DNA from: Neisseriaceae bacterium
Lineage (GTDB): Bacteria; Pseudomonadota; Gammaproteobacteria; Burkholderiales; Neisseriaceae
Reading direction: 5' to 3'
DNA: 31,574 nt
NCBI GenBank assembly: GCA_017518785.1
Contig: JAFWUA010000159.1
Coordinates: 1-31,574 of the forward strand
How positions within the stretch are numbered: position 1 is the stretch's first letter; the number at the start of each line of letters is the position of its first letter. The notes under the pieces were generated by a model. The model was given only the letters and a program-made list of their open reading frames with translations, did no database searches and was not told the DNA's origin. Below are positions 11,245-20,249 of the stretch, one piece after another. The translations under genes and the position numbers were made by a program.

Positions 11245-11246
11245 AT

Positions 11247-11711
11247 ATGGGTGCGATTCTTGGTATTCTTCTAACTGTCATTTTATTGGCAGTTGGTTAC
11301 TTTTTTGGTAAAAACATAGAGCAGAAGCATTTTGCCGAATTGTGGCGTAAGGAAAGAACATTATCGAATATTGTCGCTTTTTCTGCTAAACGTCCTCCAG
11401 AAAATTTTAGTAATACTTTTTTGGTAAAGGGCAGTGTGGTAGTTTCTTCTGATTATTTCAAACAGTTTTTATCTTCTTGGCGTTTGTTTTTTGGCGGACG
11501 TTTGCAAAGTTACGAAACTCTGTTAGAACGTGCTCGCCGTGAAGCAATCGTGCGAATGAAAGAAGAAGCTAATTGGGGTGGTGCTAATGCTATTTTTAAT
11601 GTTAAATTGGAGACTGCTGTATTGAGTGAGCAATCTAATAACAGCGATAGTGGTGGCATAATCGGTACTGTGGAGATTTTAGCCTATGGTACTGCTGGTA
11701 CATTAGTTTAA
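11247..11711 (+). CDS. YbjQ-family protein with N-terminal membrane anchor
   Basis: N-terminal hydrophobic helix, then LVKGSVVVSSDYFK, GGRLQSYETLLERARREAIVRMK and EILAYGTA. Confidence 0.8.
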   Translation: MGAILGILLTVILLAVGYFFGKNIEQKHFAELWRKERTLSNIVAFSAKRPPENFSNTFLVKGSVVVSSDYFKQFLSSWRLFFGGRLQSYETLLERARREAIVRMKEEANWGGANAIFNVKLETAVLSEQSNNSDSGGIIGTVEILAYGTAGTLV

Positions 11712-11740
11712 GTGATTAATTGTTATTAGTTTGCCATGTT

Positions 11741-11777
11741 TTCCGGCAGTGTTTATTAATATAAAACACTGCCGGAA
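11741..11777. terminator. Bidirectional terminator built from the variant DUS ACACTGCCGGAA
   Basis: TTCCGGCAGTGTTT...AAACACTGCCGGAA between convergent genes, with T-runs on both sides. Confidence 0.75.
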
Positions 11778-11783
11778 AGTTTT

Positions 11784-12677
11784 TTATGCTTTATTTTCTT
11801 TAATAGAATTAAATGGTTGAGATATATGGTCATTATTACGTGCCATGATAAACCAGATTAGAGCAATAATAGTCATGGGCAAGCTTAACCATTGTCCCAT
11901 CGACATATTCAATGATAATAATCCTAAATGACTATCAGGTTGGCGAGTAAATTCCACCAAAAATCGGAATATTCCATAACATAAAATAGACAATGCACCG
12001 ATTTGTCCAGTTGGACGAGATTTACTTGAAAACCACCATGATATAATAAATAAAACAATACCTTCTAATAATAGTTCATATAGTTGTGATGGGTGGCGTG
12101 GCAACATGCCATATTGTAAAAAGGCTTGTTGTATATTTATATCGTTCAATAACTGAACTGCTTGTTGGTCGGCAGCTTTTGCTTGGGGAAAACCCATTGC
12201 CCAAAATGCATCTGGATTGGTAATTCTTCCCCACAATTCGCCATTGATAAAATTGCCCATACGTCCTGATGCTAATCCTAATGGAATTAATGGAGCAACA
12301 TTGTCAGCTACTTGAGCAAAGGTAAATTTATGTTTGCGTGCAAAAATAAAAATTGCAATAAGCGATCCGATAAATCCACCATGAAACGACATGCCACCTT
12401 GCCAAATTTTGAAAATATCTATTGGGTGTGCCATAAAATAAGGGGCATTGTAAAAAAATACATAACCTAATCTGCCACCCAATATGATACACAAAATTCC
12501 CAAAGTTAATAGGTCGTCCAATTGCTCTTTATTGAAGATACTCAAAAATTTTTTGATGCGGTATCTTCCTAACGCCGAAAATAAAATAAATCCTACGATA
12601 TAACTTAATGCGTACCAATGAATAGATAAAGGACCAATGCTAACGGCAATTGGATTAAAATTCGGGTGAATATACAT
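11784..12677 (-). CDS. lgt: Prolipoprotein diacylglyceryl transferase
   Basis: GGRLGY, WQGGMSFHGG, RMGNFINGELWGR, HPSQLYE and RFLVEFTRQPD. Confidence 0.97.
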   Translation of the reverse strand: MYIHPNFNPIAVSIGPLSIHWYALSYIVGFILFSALGRYRIKKFLSIFNKEQLDDLLTLGILCIILGGRLGYVFFYNAPYFMAHPIDIFKIWQGGMSFHGGFIGSLIAIFIFARKHKFTFAQVADNVAPLIPLGLASGRMGNFINGELWGRITNPDAFWAMGFPQAKAADQQAVQLLNDINIQQAFLQYGMLPRHPSQLYELLLEGIVLFIISWWFSSKSRPTGQIGALSILCYGIFRFLVEFTRQPDSHLGLLSLNMSMGQWLSLPMTIIALIWFIMARNNDHISQPFNSIKENKA

Positions 12678-12901
12678 CTTAAATTTCTATAATTTATGTT
12701 GAATAAGGTGGCGGATTATAGCCTATTTGGTACCTTTGTTGTTCAAAGATAGCTATTTAACAATTTTTATAGTAGATTCAAGCCATAATTATCCTGTTTG
12801 TAGTTTACCTTGCCGTATTATCATCTATACTTTCGATGGGCAAAGCCACCTTGAATGCTTTTGAGCTTAACTGATTATAAATATTTCTGGCAGATTAGAA
12901 A

Positions 12902-13537
12902 ATGAATAAAAATCAACGACAACAATTTTTTCAAACCCTATCGCAACACATTCAAAATCCTACAACAGAGTTGAAATATCGCAATGAATTTGAACTTCTG
13001 GTTGCGGTGATTTTGTCGGCACAGGCAACGGATATTTCGGTAAATAAAGTAACACCTAAATTATTTCAGGCAGCTCCTACACCTGAAAAAATGGCAGCTT
13101 TGGGGGAGGAGGGCATTATTCCTTATATTCAATCGATTGGGTTGTATCGCAATAAGGCTCGTTACATTGCAGCGTGTTGCAAGGCTTTGGTTGAACAATT
13201 CGGTGGTTATGTGCCAAATAATCGCCGTGATTTAGAAAGTTTGGCAGGAGTTGGACGAAAAACTGCCAATGTGGTACTTAATACAGCATTTGGCGAACCT
13301 ACAATTGCGGTTGATACCCATATTTTTCGCGTAGCCAATCGCACGGGATTGGCAACTGGTAAAACAGTACTGGCAGTGGAACAGGAGTTACTGAAAAATA
13401 CACCGCAAGCCTTTTTAAAAGATGCTCATCATTTGTTGATTTTACACGGTCGCTATACTTGTAAGGCAAGAAAACCATTGTGTAATCAGTGTGTTGTGAA
13501 AGATTTGTGTGAGTTTGATGAAAAGATAGAGATTTAA
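12902..13537 (+). CDS. nth: Endonuclease III
   Basis: LLVAVILSAQATD, HhH motif LAGVGRKTANVVL, VDTHIFRV and the 4Fe-4S motif CKARKPLCNQCVVKDLC. Confidence 0.97.
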   Translation: MNKNQRQQFFQTLSQHIQNPTTELKYRNEFELLVAVILSAQATDISVNKVTPKLFQAAPTPEKMAALGEEGIIPYIQSIGLYRNKARYIAACCKALVEQFGGYVPNNRRDLESLAGVGRKTANVVLNTAFGEPTIAVDTHIFRVANRTGLATGKTVLAVEQELLKNTPQAFLKDAHHLLILHGRYTCKARKPLCNQCVVKDLCEFDEKIEI

Positions 13538-13549
13538 TTTTTTAGATTA

Positions 13550-13664
13550 AAACCTTTGCAAAACTCGCCATTCTTTATTTTAGAGACTCCTGCAAAACCT
13601 ACTATTTAAAAATGAAACGCCGTAGGGTGGGTCTTCGACCCACCAACTCGACCGATAGGTCGAG
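13550..13664 (+). repeat. Cluster of TIR-like ends and a GTAG-type REP with a second hairpin
   Basis: AAACCTTTGCAAAACTCG at 13550; GAGACTCCTGCAAAAC at 13583; GTAG-GGTGGGTC-TTC-GACCCACC at 13622-13644; CTCGACC-GATA-GGTCGAG at 13647-13664. Confidence 0.75.
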
Positions 13665-13710
13665 ATAAAAATAATTAAAATTCAAATGATTGTAATTATT
13701 AACAATTTTG

Positions 13711-13841
13711 GAGACTCCTGCAAAACTCGTCATTCTGAATTTCACGAAGTGAAATGAAGAGTCTAACTTATTGTTTATAAAGATTCTTCGCTACGCTCAA
13801 AATGACGAGTAACAGAAAAAATCGAGTTTTGCAGGAGTCTC
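13711..13841 (+). mobile_element. ~131-bp miniature TIR element, copy 2
   Basis: Perfect 19-bp TIRs GAGACTCCTGCAAAACTCG / CGAGTTTTGCAGGAGTCTC, with internal inverted repeats. Confidence 0.88.
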
Positions 13842-13888
13842 GAATAATGACAAAATCGAGTTTTACAGTGGTTTCAAATATTAAACAA

Positions 13889-13925
13889 AGTCTGCCGGAA
13901 AGTATAAATTATTTTCCGGCAGACT
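13889..13925. terminator. DUS inverted-repeat terminator between convergent nth and pepN
   Basis: AGTCTGCCGGAA at 13889 and TTCCGGCAGACT at 13914. Confidence 0.7.
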
Positions 13926-13965
13926 AATCTTAATATAATCAATTTATATTGACTATAAAACTATA

Positions 13966-16617
13966 TTAACCATTAAGTATTTTATGCACAATTTCACTTG
14001 TGTCTTGTGATAGCTCTGGTAGTTGGGCAATTTTTTCTAATTCCTGTCGCATTAGATTGCGATGTGTTTCATCTAATTTAGGCAGTTTGGCAAATGCTTT
14101 GGTTAGACGTGCTGCCACTTGGCTGTTAAATTTATCAATCTTCACAATCACTTCACTGAATGCTTTGTAACCAGAACCATCTGCAGCGTGAAATTGTGGG
14201 GTATTGCGAGTGAATGTTGCCCAAAGTGCATATACTTTATTGGGATTTTCTAATGAAAATGCAGGATGTTGCTGTGCGGATAATATTTGTTGATATGCGT
14301 TTTTACAATGTGATGATGCAATTAGGGCAAAGTATTTATCTAATACTAATGGATTGTCATGGAATTTATCAGCAAAACTTTGCAACATTTGCATGCGAAT
14401 AGGCGAATCACTGTGATTAATCGCACGCAAAATGCCTAATCTTAATGTCATATCATCTTGTAATTCATTATATTCTTGCTGTAAATCATGTAGCATTTCT
14501 GGTGCAACACGAAATAGCAAGGTACGACATGTATTTAATAGGGTACGAACTCCGGCTATTTCGGCATTGTAGTTTTCGTATCGTTTAGGCAGACGTTGTT
14601 GCATATTTTGCATGCATTTGCTAATGGCAGTACGACAACCTTTGGCAATACTTTCAAATAAATTATCTCTTGCTAAAAATATTAGTAATGGATTAACCGG
14701 TGCTAATAAATCTAATAATTCTGATGTTTCCGGCAGACTTAACATCATGGCAGTAAATGCTGCATCGTGTTGTTGTGCTAATAGGTGATTGATGTTGCGA
14801 ATTAAATCGGCATGATCTGGTAAAACTGAACCTTGTTTCAAAGCGTTTAGATTGGCAATAATCGCCCGCCGATACAAGGTTTGTGCTGCGTCCCAACGTG
14901 AAAATTCATCAGTATCATGACTCATTAATATGTTGAGTTCTTCTTCTGTATATGGGAAGTTTAAATGTACTGGTGCTGAAAATCCGCGTAATAATGATGG
15001 GATAACAGGTTCGCATACGTTGTGTAAAACAAAGATTTGTTCTTTTTTGGTTAAGCACAAAACGGTTTCTTGCAATGGTTCTGAAAAAATAATATTGCCA
15101 TCAATATCGGCATCATCTATTACGCGAAAAGCTACTTCTTGACCATTGCGACTTAATAAACCGATTTTCAATGGCATAACCATTGGTAAATAATCTTTTC
15201 CGGCAGTGTTAGGAATATGTTGTTTAACTGTTAAGGTGTATGTGTTCTGATTAGTATCGAGTCTGCCGGAAACATCTAAAACGGGAGTTCCTGCTTGTGA
15301 GTACCACAAGGCAAATTGTGATAAATCTATATCATTAGCGTCTTCCATCGCATGTAAAAAATCATCACAAGTTGCAGCTTGTCCATCGTGGCGTTGTAAG
15401 TAAAGTCGCAAACCATCACGAAAACCTTTTTCACCTAAAAAAGTGTGATACATACGCACTACTTCTGCACCTTTTTCATATACGGTTAGCGTATAGAAAT
15501 TATCGATTTTTTCGTAGGAATCTGGACGCACAGGATGAGCAGTGGGAGAGGCATCTTCGGCAAATTGTGCACTACGCATTAATTTAACTTGATTAATTCT
15601 TCGTACTGCACGATTGGCTTGGTCTGACGAAAATTCCTGATCTCGAAAAACAGTTAAACCTTCTTTTAGTGATAGTTGAAACCAATCACGACAAGTAACT
15701 CGATTGCCAGTGTAATTATGGAAATATTCATGACCAATCACACTTTCAATTGCTTCAAAATCATCATCGGTAGCAGTGCTTTTATCTACCAATACATATT
15801 TGGTATTAAAAATATTTAAGCCCTTATTTTCCATCGCTCCCATATTAAAATCGCCAACTGCAACCACCATGTAAATATCTAAATCATATTCCAAACCAAA
15901 ACGTTGCTCGTCCCAACGCATAGCATTTTTCAAAGATTGTAAGGCAAAATCGGTGCGACAAATATTTTCCACTTCGGTATAAAAACGTAATTCAACGTGT
16001 CGCCCTGACATGGTGCGAAAAGTATCATGACGCATCGCTAAATCACCTGCCACTAATGCAAATAAATAACAAGGTTTAGGAAATGGGTCATGCCAAGTGG
16101 CAAAATGTCGCAATTCATCAAGTCTGCCGGAATCAATTTGATTACCGTTGGATAATAATACTGGGTATTGTTTTTGGTCAGCAGTGATGGTTACGGTGTA
16201 TTTAGTTAATATATCAGGGCGATCGAAGAAATAAGTTATTTTGCGAAAACCCTCTGCCTCGCATTGTGTAAATAAGCCAGCACCTGACGCATATAAGCCT
16301 GATAAACTCTTATTTCTATGTGGAAATAATAGCGTTTCAATTTCTAACACAAATGGTTGCGATGGAATATTTTTAAGAGTTAATTTTTCGTCCGACAAAA
16401 CATAATCACGATGTGGATTTTCATCAATTTTTACCGATAATAGCTTGGCAGAACCATCTAATACACATTCAGAAATGCCATCTTGTAAAGGGCGAATATT
16501 AATACGTGCTAGTACATGTACGCTTTGCTTGATAATCTCAAAAAATAATTCCACATTATCCACAGCAAACGGTAGCGGACGATAATCATGACGATAATGA
16601 ACAAGCGATTGCGACAT
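13966..16617 (-). CDS. pepN: Aminopeptidase N (M1 family)
   Basis: FTQCEAEGFRKIT, GAMENKGLNIFN, HEYFHNYTGNRVTCRDWFQLSLKEG and YEKGAEV. Confidence 0.97.
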   Translation of the reverse strand: MSQSLVHYRHDYRPLPFAVDNVELFFEIIKQSVHVLARINIRPLQDGISECVLDGSAKLLSVKIDENPHRDYVLSDEKLTLKNIPSQPFVLEIETLLFPHRNKSLSGLYASGAGLFTQCEAEGFRKITYFFDRPDILTKYTVTITADQKQYPVLLSNGNQIDSGRLDELRHFATWHDPFPKPCYLFALVAGDLAMRHDTFRTMSGRHVELRFYTEVENICRTDFALQSLKNAMRWDEQRFGLEYDLDIYMVVAVGDFNMGAMENKGLNIFNTKYVLVDKSTATDDDFEAIESVIGHEYFHNYTGNRVTCRDWFQLSLKEGLTVFRDQEFSSDQANRAVRRINQVKLMRSAQFAEDASPTAHPVRPDSYEKIDNFYTLTVYEKGAEVVRMYHTFLGEKGFRDGLRLYLQRHDGQAATCDDFLHAMEDANDIDLSQFALWYSQAGTPVLDVSGRLDTNQNTYTLTVKQHIPNTAGKDYLPMVMPLKIGLLSRNGQEVAFRVIDDADIDGNIIFSEPLQETVLCLTKKEQIFVLHNVCEPVIPSLLRGFSAPVHLNFPYTEEELNILMSHDTDEFSRWDAAQTLYRRAIIANLNALKQGSVLPDHADLIRNINHLLAQQHDAAFTAMMLSLPETSELLDLLAPVNPLLIFLARDNLFESIAKGCRTAISKCMQNMQQRLPKRYENYNAEIAGVRTLLNTCRTLLFRVAPEMLHDLQQEYNELQDDMTLRLGILRAINHSDSPIRMQMLQSFADKFHDNPLVLDKYFALIASSHCKNAYQQILSAQQHPAFSLENPNKVYALWATFTRNTPQFHAADGSGYKAFSEVIVKIDKFNSQVAARLTKAFAKLPKLDETHRNLMRQELEKIAQLPELSQDTSEIVHKILNG

Positions 16618-16650
16618 AAATACACTCCTAATTTACAAGTATTAAACTTG

Positions 16651-17346
16651 TTAATAAATAATAAAAACAGTCGGACGTTTCTTTAAATTGGGCAAAGGTT
16701 TAGCATGCCAATCTCCAATTGTAGCACTTATAATGCTTTGAGTTTGTTGTAATAAATCTGATGCAACACATAAATGAGTTTCACGATGTAGGGTAGATAA
16801 AATATCGGCTAACATCACATCATTGCGATATGGTGTTTCAATAAAAATTTGACTTTCACCGGCAAGGGCTTTTTTCTCTAACTGTCTTAAAGAAGTTTTT
16901 CGTCCATCAGAGTCTGCCGGAAGATAACCTTGAAAAGCAAAACGCTGACCATTTGCCCCTGATGCCATCAGTGCTAATAACAAAGAAGAAGCTCCGACCA
17001 ATGGGACAATATCAATATTATGTCGATGAGCCAAAGCTACCAAAGTAGCCCCCGGATCTGCCACCGCCGGACAACCTGCTTCACTCATCAAAGCCATATC
17101 ATGACCTTGTAAGAGTGGCGATAATATTTCCGGCAGACTATCTAATTTAGAATGCTCATCAAGGCGTGATAGATGTAGTTGTTGCAGGGGAGTATCTAAA
17201 TTTAATAACTTCAAATGACGGCGTGCAGTTTTTTCGGCTTCCACAACAAAGTACTGAATATGTCGAATTTTTTCCAAATCATGTGGCAATAACCACACTT
17301 TTTCGTCATCACCCAAAGGAGTTGGCAATAAATACAAGGTACTCAT
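16651..17346 (-). CDS. SAM-dependent methyltransferase, tetrapyrrole methylase (RsmI-like) family
   Basis: LYLLPTPLG, MSEAGCPAVADPG, VGASSLLLALMASG, FAFQGYLP and IFIETPYRN. Confidence 0.85.
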   Translation of the reverse strand: MSTLYLLPTPLGDDEKVWLLPHDLEKIRHIQYFVVEAEKTARRHLKLLNLDTPLQQLHLSRLDEHSKLDSLPEILSPLLQGHDMALMSEAGCPAVADPGATLVALAHRHNIDIVPLVGASSLLLALMASGANGQRFAFQGYLPADSDGRKTSLRQLEKKALAGESQIFIETPYRNDVMLADILSTLHRETHLCVASDLLQQTQSIISATIGDWHAKPLPNLKKRPTVFIIY

Positions 17347-17918
17347 ACCCTAAAACCTTCTTGATACAAAATATCAATCAAACGAAACATTGGCAAACCA
17401 ATCAAAGCATTAGGGTCTGTGCTTTCAATTTTATCAATCAGCATCATACCTAAACTTTCGCTTTTGGCAGCACCTGCACAATGAATAGCATCATGTTCTT
17501 TTTGTAAATAATTGCTAATCATTTCATTTGATAATTTACGCAAATAAACGGTTGTTTCATCAAGGTGTCGATAAACTCTTTTGCTGTGAGTATTAATTAC
17601 CACCAAAGCCGTATAAAACAGCATTTTCTGCCCTGATAATTCATGCAACATTTTTTGTGCATTTTCAATAGTCAAAGGCTTACCATACTGCCGATTATTA
17701 GCAAATGCCACTTGGTCAGAACCAATAATCAGAGCATCAGGAAAACTATCTTGCAACGATTTAGCTTTGCATTCAGCCAAACGCAAAGCAGTTTCATAGG
17801 GTTTTTCTTCCGGCAGAGTATTTTCTTCACAACATGGTGCTACGCTTTGAAATTCAAATTTCAGTCGAGATAACATCTCTCGCCGAAAAAGGGAAGTGGA
17901 AGCTAAAATCAAATCCAT
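17343..17918 (-). CDS. maf: Maf family nucleotide pyrophosphatase (YceF-like)
   Basis: LILASTS, IIGSDQV, GKP, CAGAAKSE and NALIGLP. Confidence 0.9.
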   Translation of the reverse strand: MDLILASTSLFRREMLSRLKFEFQSVAPCCEENTLPEEKPYETALRLAECKAKSLQDSFPDALIIGSDQVAFANNRQYGKPLTIENAQKMLHELSGQKMLFYTALVVINTHSKRVYRHLDETTVYLRKLSNEMISNYLQKEHDAIHCAGAAKSESLGMMLIDKIESTDPNALIGLPMFRLIDILYQEGFRV

Positions 17919-17984
17919 AATTCAAACGTTGTAATTAATTAAAAATTTTACAAGTACTAATCATAACATCAATCAGTACCAATC

Positions 17985-18014
17985 TTGACAATACAAAGAT
18001 AAAAGTTATATCAT
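17985..18014 (+). promoter_or_regulatory. sigma70 promoter of the yceD-rpmF-plsX operon
   Basis: TTGACA (17985)-18 bp-TATCAT (18009). Confidence 0.6.
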
Positions 18015-18023
18015 GTGCAGTTT

Positions 18024-18515
18024 ATGTTAAACGCAAATTTGATCTTGCCTTGGAGTTTGGCTGAAAACAGGGAGACTTCTACTTGGCATTTTACCCTTAA
18101 TCAATTAGATGCCAGAGTAACCCAAAGTGGTTGTTTTGCCGATTTATTATCTGAAATTACAGCCACCATTCGTGGTGGCATTGATGATTTAAACCGGCAC
18201 TATGCAGATGTTTGCTTAAAAGGTGAACTATCCTTGATTTGCCAGCGGTGTTTGCATGCAATGCCATTTACTCTAAACAATTCGGTGCGAATTTTATTTT
18301 GTAAAAATGAAGCATCTGCCGATTTGATAGATGATGAAGATGCTGATGTATTGGTCGTTGGTGAAACAGCTGATGTGCGAGAGTGGATTGAAGACCAGTT
18401 ATTAACCGCACTACCATTTGCACCAATGCACCAAAGTTGTGATGAAAATCACTTAATGAAATATCACAACGACAAACATAACCCATTTTCAGTACTGAAA
18501 AATATTAAACCGTAA
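18024..18515 (+). CDS. YceD/DUF177 family protein
   Basis: [23 protein letters not shown] and NPFSVLK; upstream of rpmF. ATG 18024 is preferred because the track's GTG abuts the -10 box. Confidence 0.85.
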   Translation: MLNANLILPWSLAENRETSTWHFTLNQLDARVTQSGCFADLLSEITATIRGGIDDLNRHYADVCLKGELSLICQRCLHAMPFTLNNSVRILFCKNEASADLIDDEDADVLVVGETADVREWIEDQLLTALPFAPMHQSCDENHLMKYHNDKHNPFSVLKNIKP

Positions 18516-18562
18516 AGATCAAAAATTGCATTAGTTACACAGTATTTATTAGGAGCAAAACA

Positions 18563-18742
18563 ATGGCTGTTCAACAAAATAAAAAATCCCCATCTCGTCG
18601 TGGTATGCATCGCTCTCATGATGCTTTATCTATGCCATCTTTGAGCGTTGATAACCAAACAGGTGAAGTACATTTGCCTCACCACATTTCGCCTAATGGC
18701 ATGTATCGTGGTCGCAAAGTAGTTAAAGCCAAAGACGAATAA
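18563..18742 (+). CDS. rpmF: 50S ribosomal protein L32 (absent from the ORF track)
   Basis: Translated by hand: [67 protein letters not shown]. Confidence 0.97.
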   Translation: MAVQQNKKSPSRRGMHRSHDALSMPSLSVDNQTGEVHLPHHISPNGMYRGRKVVKAKDE

Positions 18743-18777
18743 CACATTTGATAATTTTAATGTGGCACAAGATTACG

Positions 18778-18814
18778 AAGTCGGTCGATTGAAATGGCAA
18801 TCTTCCGACTTTTT
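18778..18814 (+). terminator. Intrinsic terminator-like hairpin after rpmF
   Basis: AAGTCGG..GATTG-loop-CAATC..CCGACTT followed by a T-run. Confidence 0.6.
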
Positions 18815-18870
18815 GTGTTGGATAATAACATTGCATTTTGATCGATTAAATTTTATTGGTTTTATAAATC

Positions 18871-19890
18871 ATGATTACCATTGCAGTTGATGCCATGGGC
18901 GGTGATGTTGGTCTTGCTGTTACCGTACCCGCCGCGGCAATGTTTCTTCAAAAATATTCAGATGCACGTTTATTAATGGTGGGTGATGAAAAACTCATTC
19001 GCCAAGCATTTGCCAAAACTAATATACCAACAAATCGAGTGGAAATAATTCACACAACAGAAATTGTTGGTATGGACGAACCTCCTCAACACGCATTGAA
19101 AAATAAAAAAGATTCTTCAATGCGTGTTGCTATTAATCAAATTAAAGAAGGTAATGCAGCTGCTGCCGTGTCTGCCGGAAACACTGGTGCACTAATGGCA
19201 ACTGCAAAATTTGTCCTTAAAACCGTACCAGGTATTCAACGTCCTGCAATTGCTAAATTCTTACCGGCTAATAACAATAAATTAGTTTGCACTTTGGATT
19301 TAGGTGCTAATATTGATTGTCCTTCCGAGCAGTTATTTCAATTTGCAATAATGGGCGTACATTTGGTTAAAGCACTGCAACCTGAAAAAGAAAATCCAAC
19401 CGTAGGATTACTAAATGTCGGCACCGAAGAAATTAAAGGTACTGATACAGTTAAAGCTGCATTTTCTTTATTAAAAAATAGCCATCTTAATTTTATTGGC
19501 AATGTTGAAGGTGCTGATATTTTTGATGGTAAAGCAGATGTTGTGGTTTGTGATGGATTTGTGGGTAATATTGTTTTAAAAACTATTGAAGGTTCTGTGC
19601 GTTTTATTGGCAATGTAATTAAAGAAGAATTTAAGCAATCACTTTATTCAAAATGGGTTGCATTATGGGCAATGCCAGTTTTACGTAAATTTAAAAATCG
19701 TTTAGATCCACGTCGTTTTAATGGTGCAATTTTTTTAGGATTGCGTGGTATTGTAATTAAAAGTCATGGTGGTACTGATGCGGAAGGATTTTTCTATGCA
19801 TTAGTTGAAGCGTATCGCGAAGTTAATGCTAATTTTATTGAATCATTAGAAAAAACAGTGGAACAAGATTTAAGCAATTTGGAAATGTAA
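18871..19890 (+). CDS. plsX: Phosphate acyltransferase PlsX
   Basis: IAVDAMGGD, SSMRVAI, VSAGNTGALMA, LDLGANID, DGFVGN and VIKSHG. Confidence 0.97.
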   Translation: MITIAVDAMGGDVGLAVTVPAAAMFLQKYSDARLLMVGDEKLIRQAFAKTNIPTNRVEIIHTTEIVGMDEPPQHALKNKKDSSMRVAINQIKEGNAAAAVSAGNTGALMATAKFVLKTVPGIQRPAIAKFLPANNNKLVCTLDLGANIDCPSEQLFQFAIMGVHLVKALQPEKENPTVGLLNVGTEEIKGTDTVKAAFSLLKNSHLNFIGNVEGADIFDGKADVVVCDGFVGNIVLKTIEGSVRFIGNVIKEEFKQSLYSKWVALWAMPVLRKFKNRLDPRRFNGAIFLGLRGIVIKSHGGTDAEGFFYALVEAYREVNANFIESLEKTVEQDLSNLEM

Positions 19891-19914
19891 TGTCAAAGGA
19901 AATGTAATGTCAAA
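19881..19914. repeat. 17-bp tandem duplication spanning the plsX stop
   Basis: GGAAATGTAATGTCAAA at 19881-19897 and 19898-19914. Confidence 0.9.
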
Positions 19915-20209
19915 AATCAAGCATTGCTGCAATCGCATGGAATCAATAGTTAATTTAACTTGTGATATGCACGATGATTATAATTGCCCAGATAAATTGA
20001 TTATATTTTCTGAATAATTTAATGAGTATGGTATTAACATTTATGGCTTGCTCGCAGTGTCAAATATTAAATTCTGTCCATATTGTGGTAAAAAATTACC
20101 TAAATCAAAACGCAAGAAATTTTACAAAACTATGAAAAAATTAGGCATAGACACTAATAAAGATAAAATACCTAAAAAATATCGTTATTATGGCTGGTGG
20201 TTGACATAA
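19907..20209 (+). pseudogene. Small Cys-rich protein (DUF6980-like) interrupted by an in-frame TAA
   Basis: Hand translation: MSKIKHCCNRM...CDMHDDYNCPD...FSE*FNEYGI...FCPYCGKKLPKSKR...IPKKY...GWWLT*. The frame stays open across the stop at 20015-20017. Family assignment is from memory of the HCC / CPD / FCPxCGxxLP / WW pattern. Confidence 0.7.
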
Positions 20210-20249
20210 AATCTTAATAACATCTTTAATCTTCAAGAGTGTTTTCAGT

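Noticed and set aside
12700-12855. AAGGTGGC / GCCACCTT inverted match in the lgt-nth intergenic region as an ncRNA
   Set aside because: Only 8 bp, about 130 bp apart, with no supporting internal structure.
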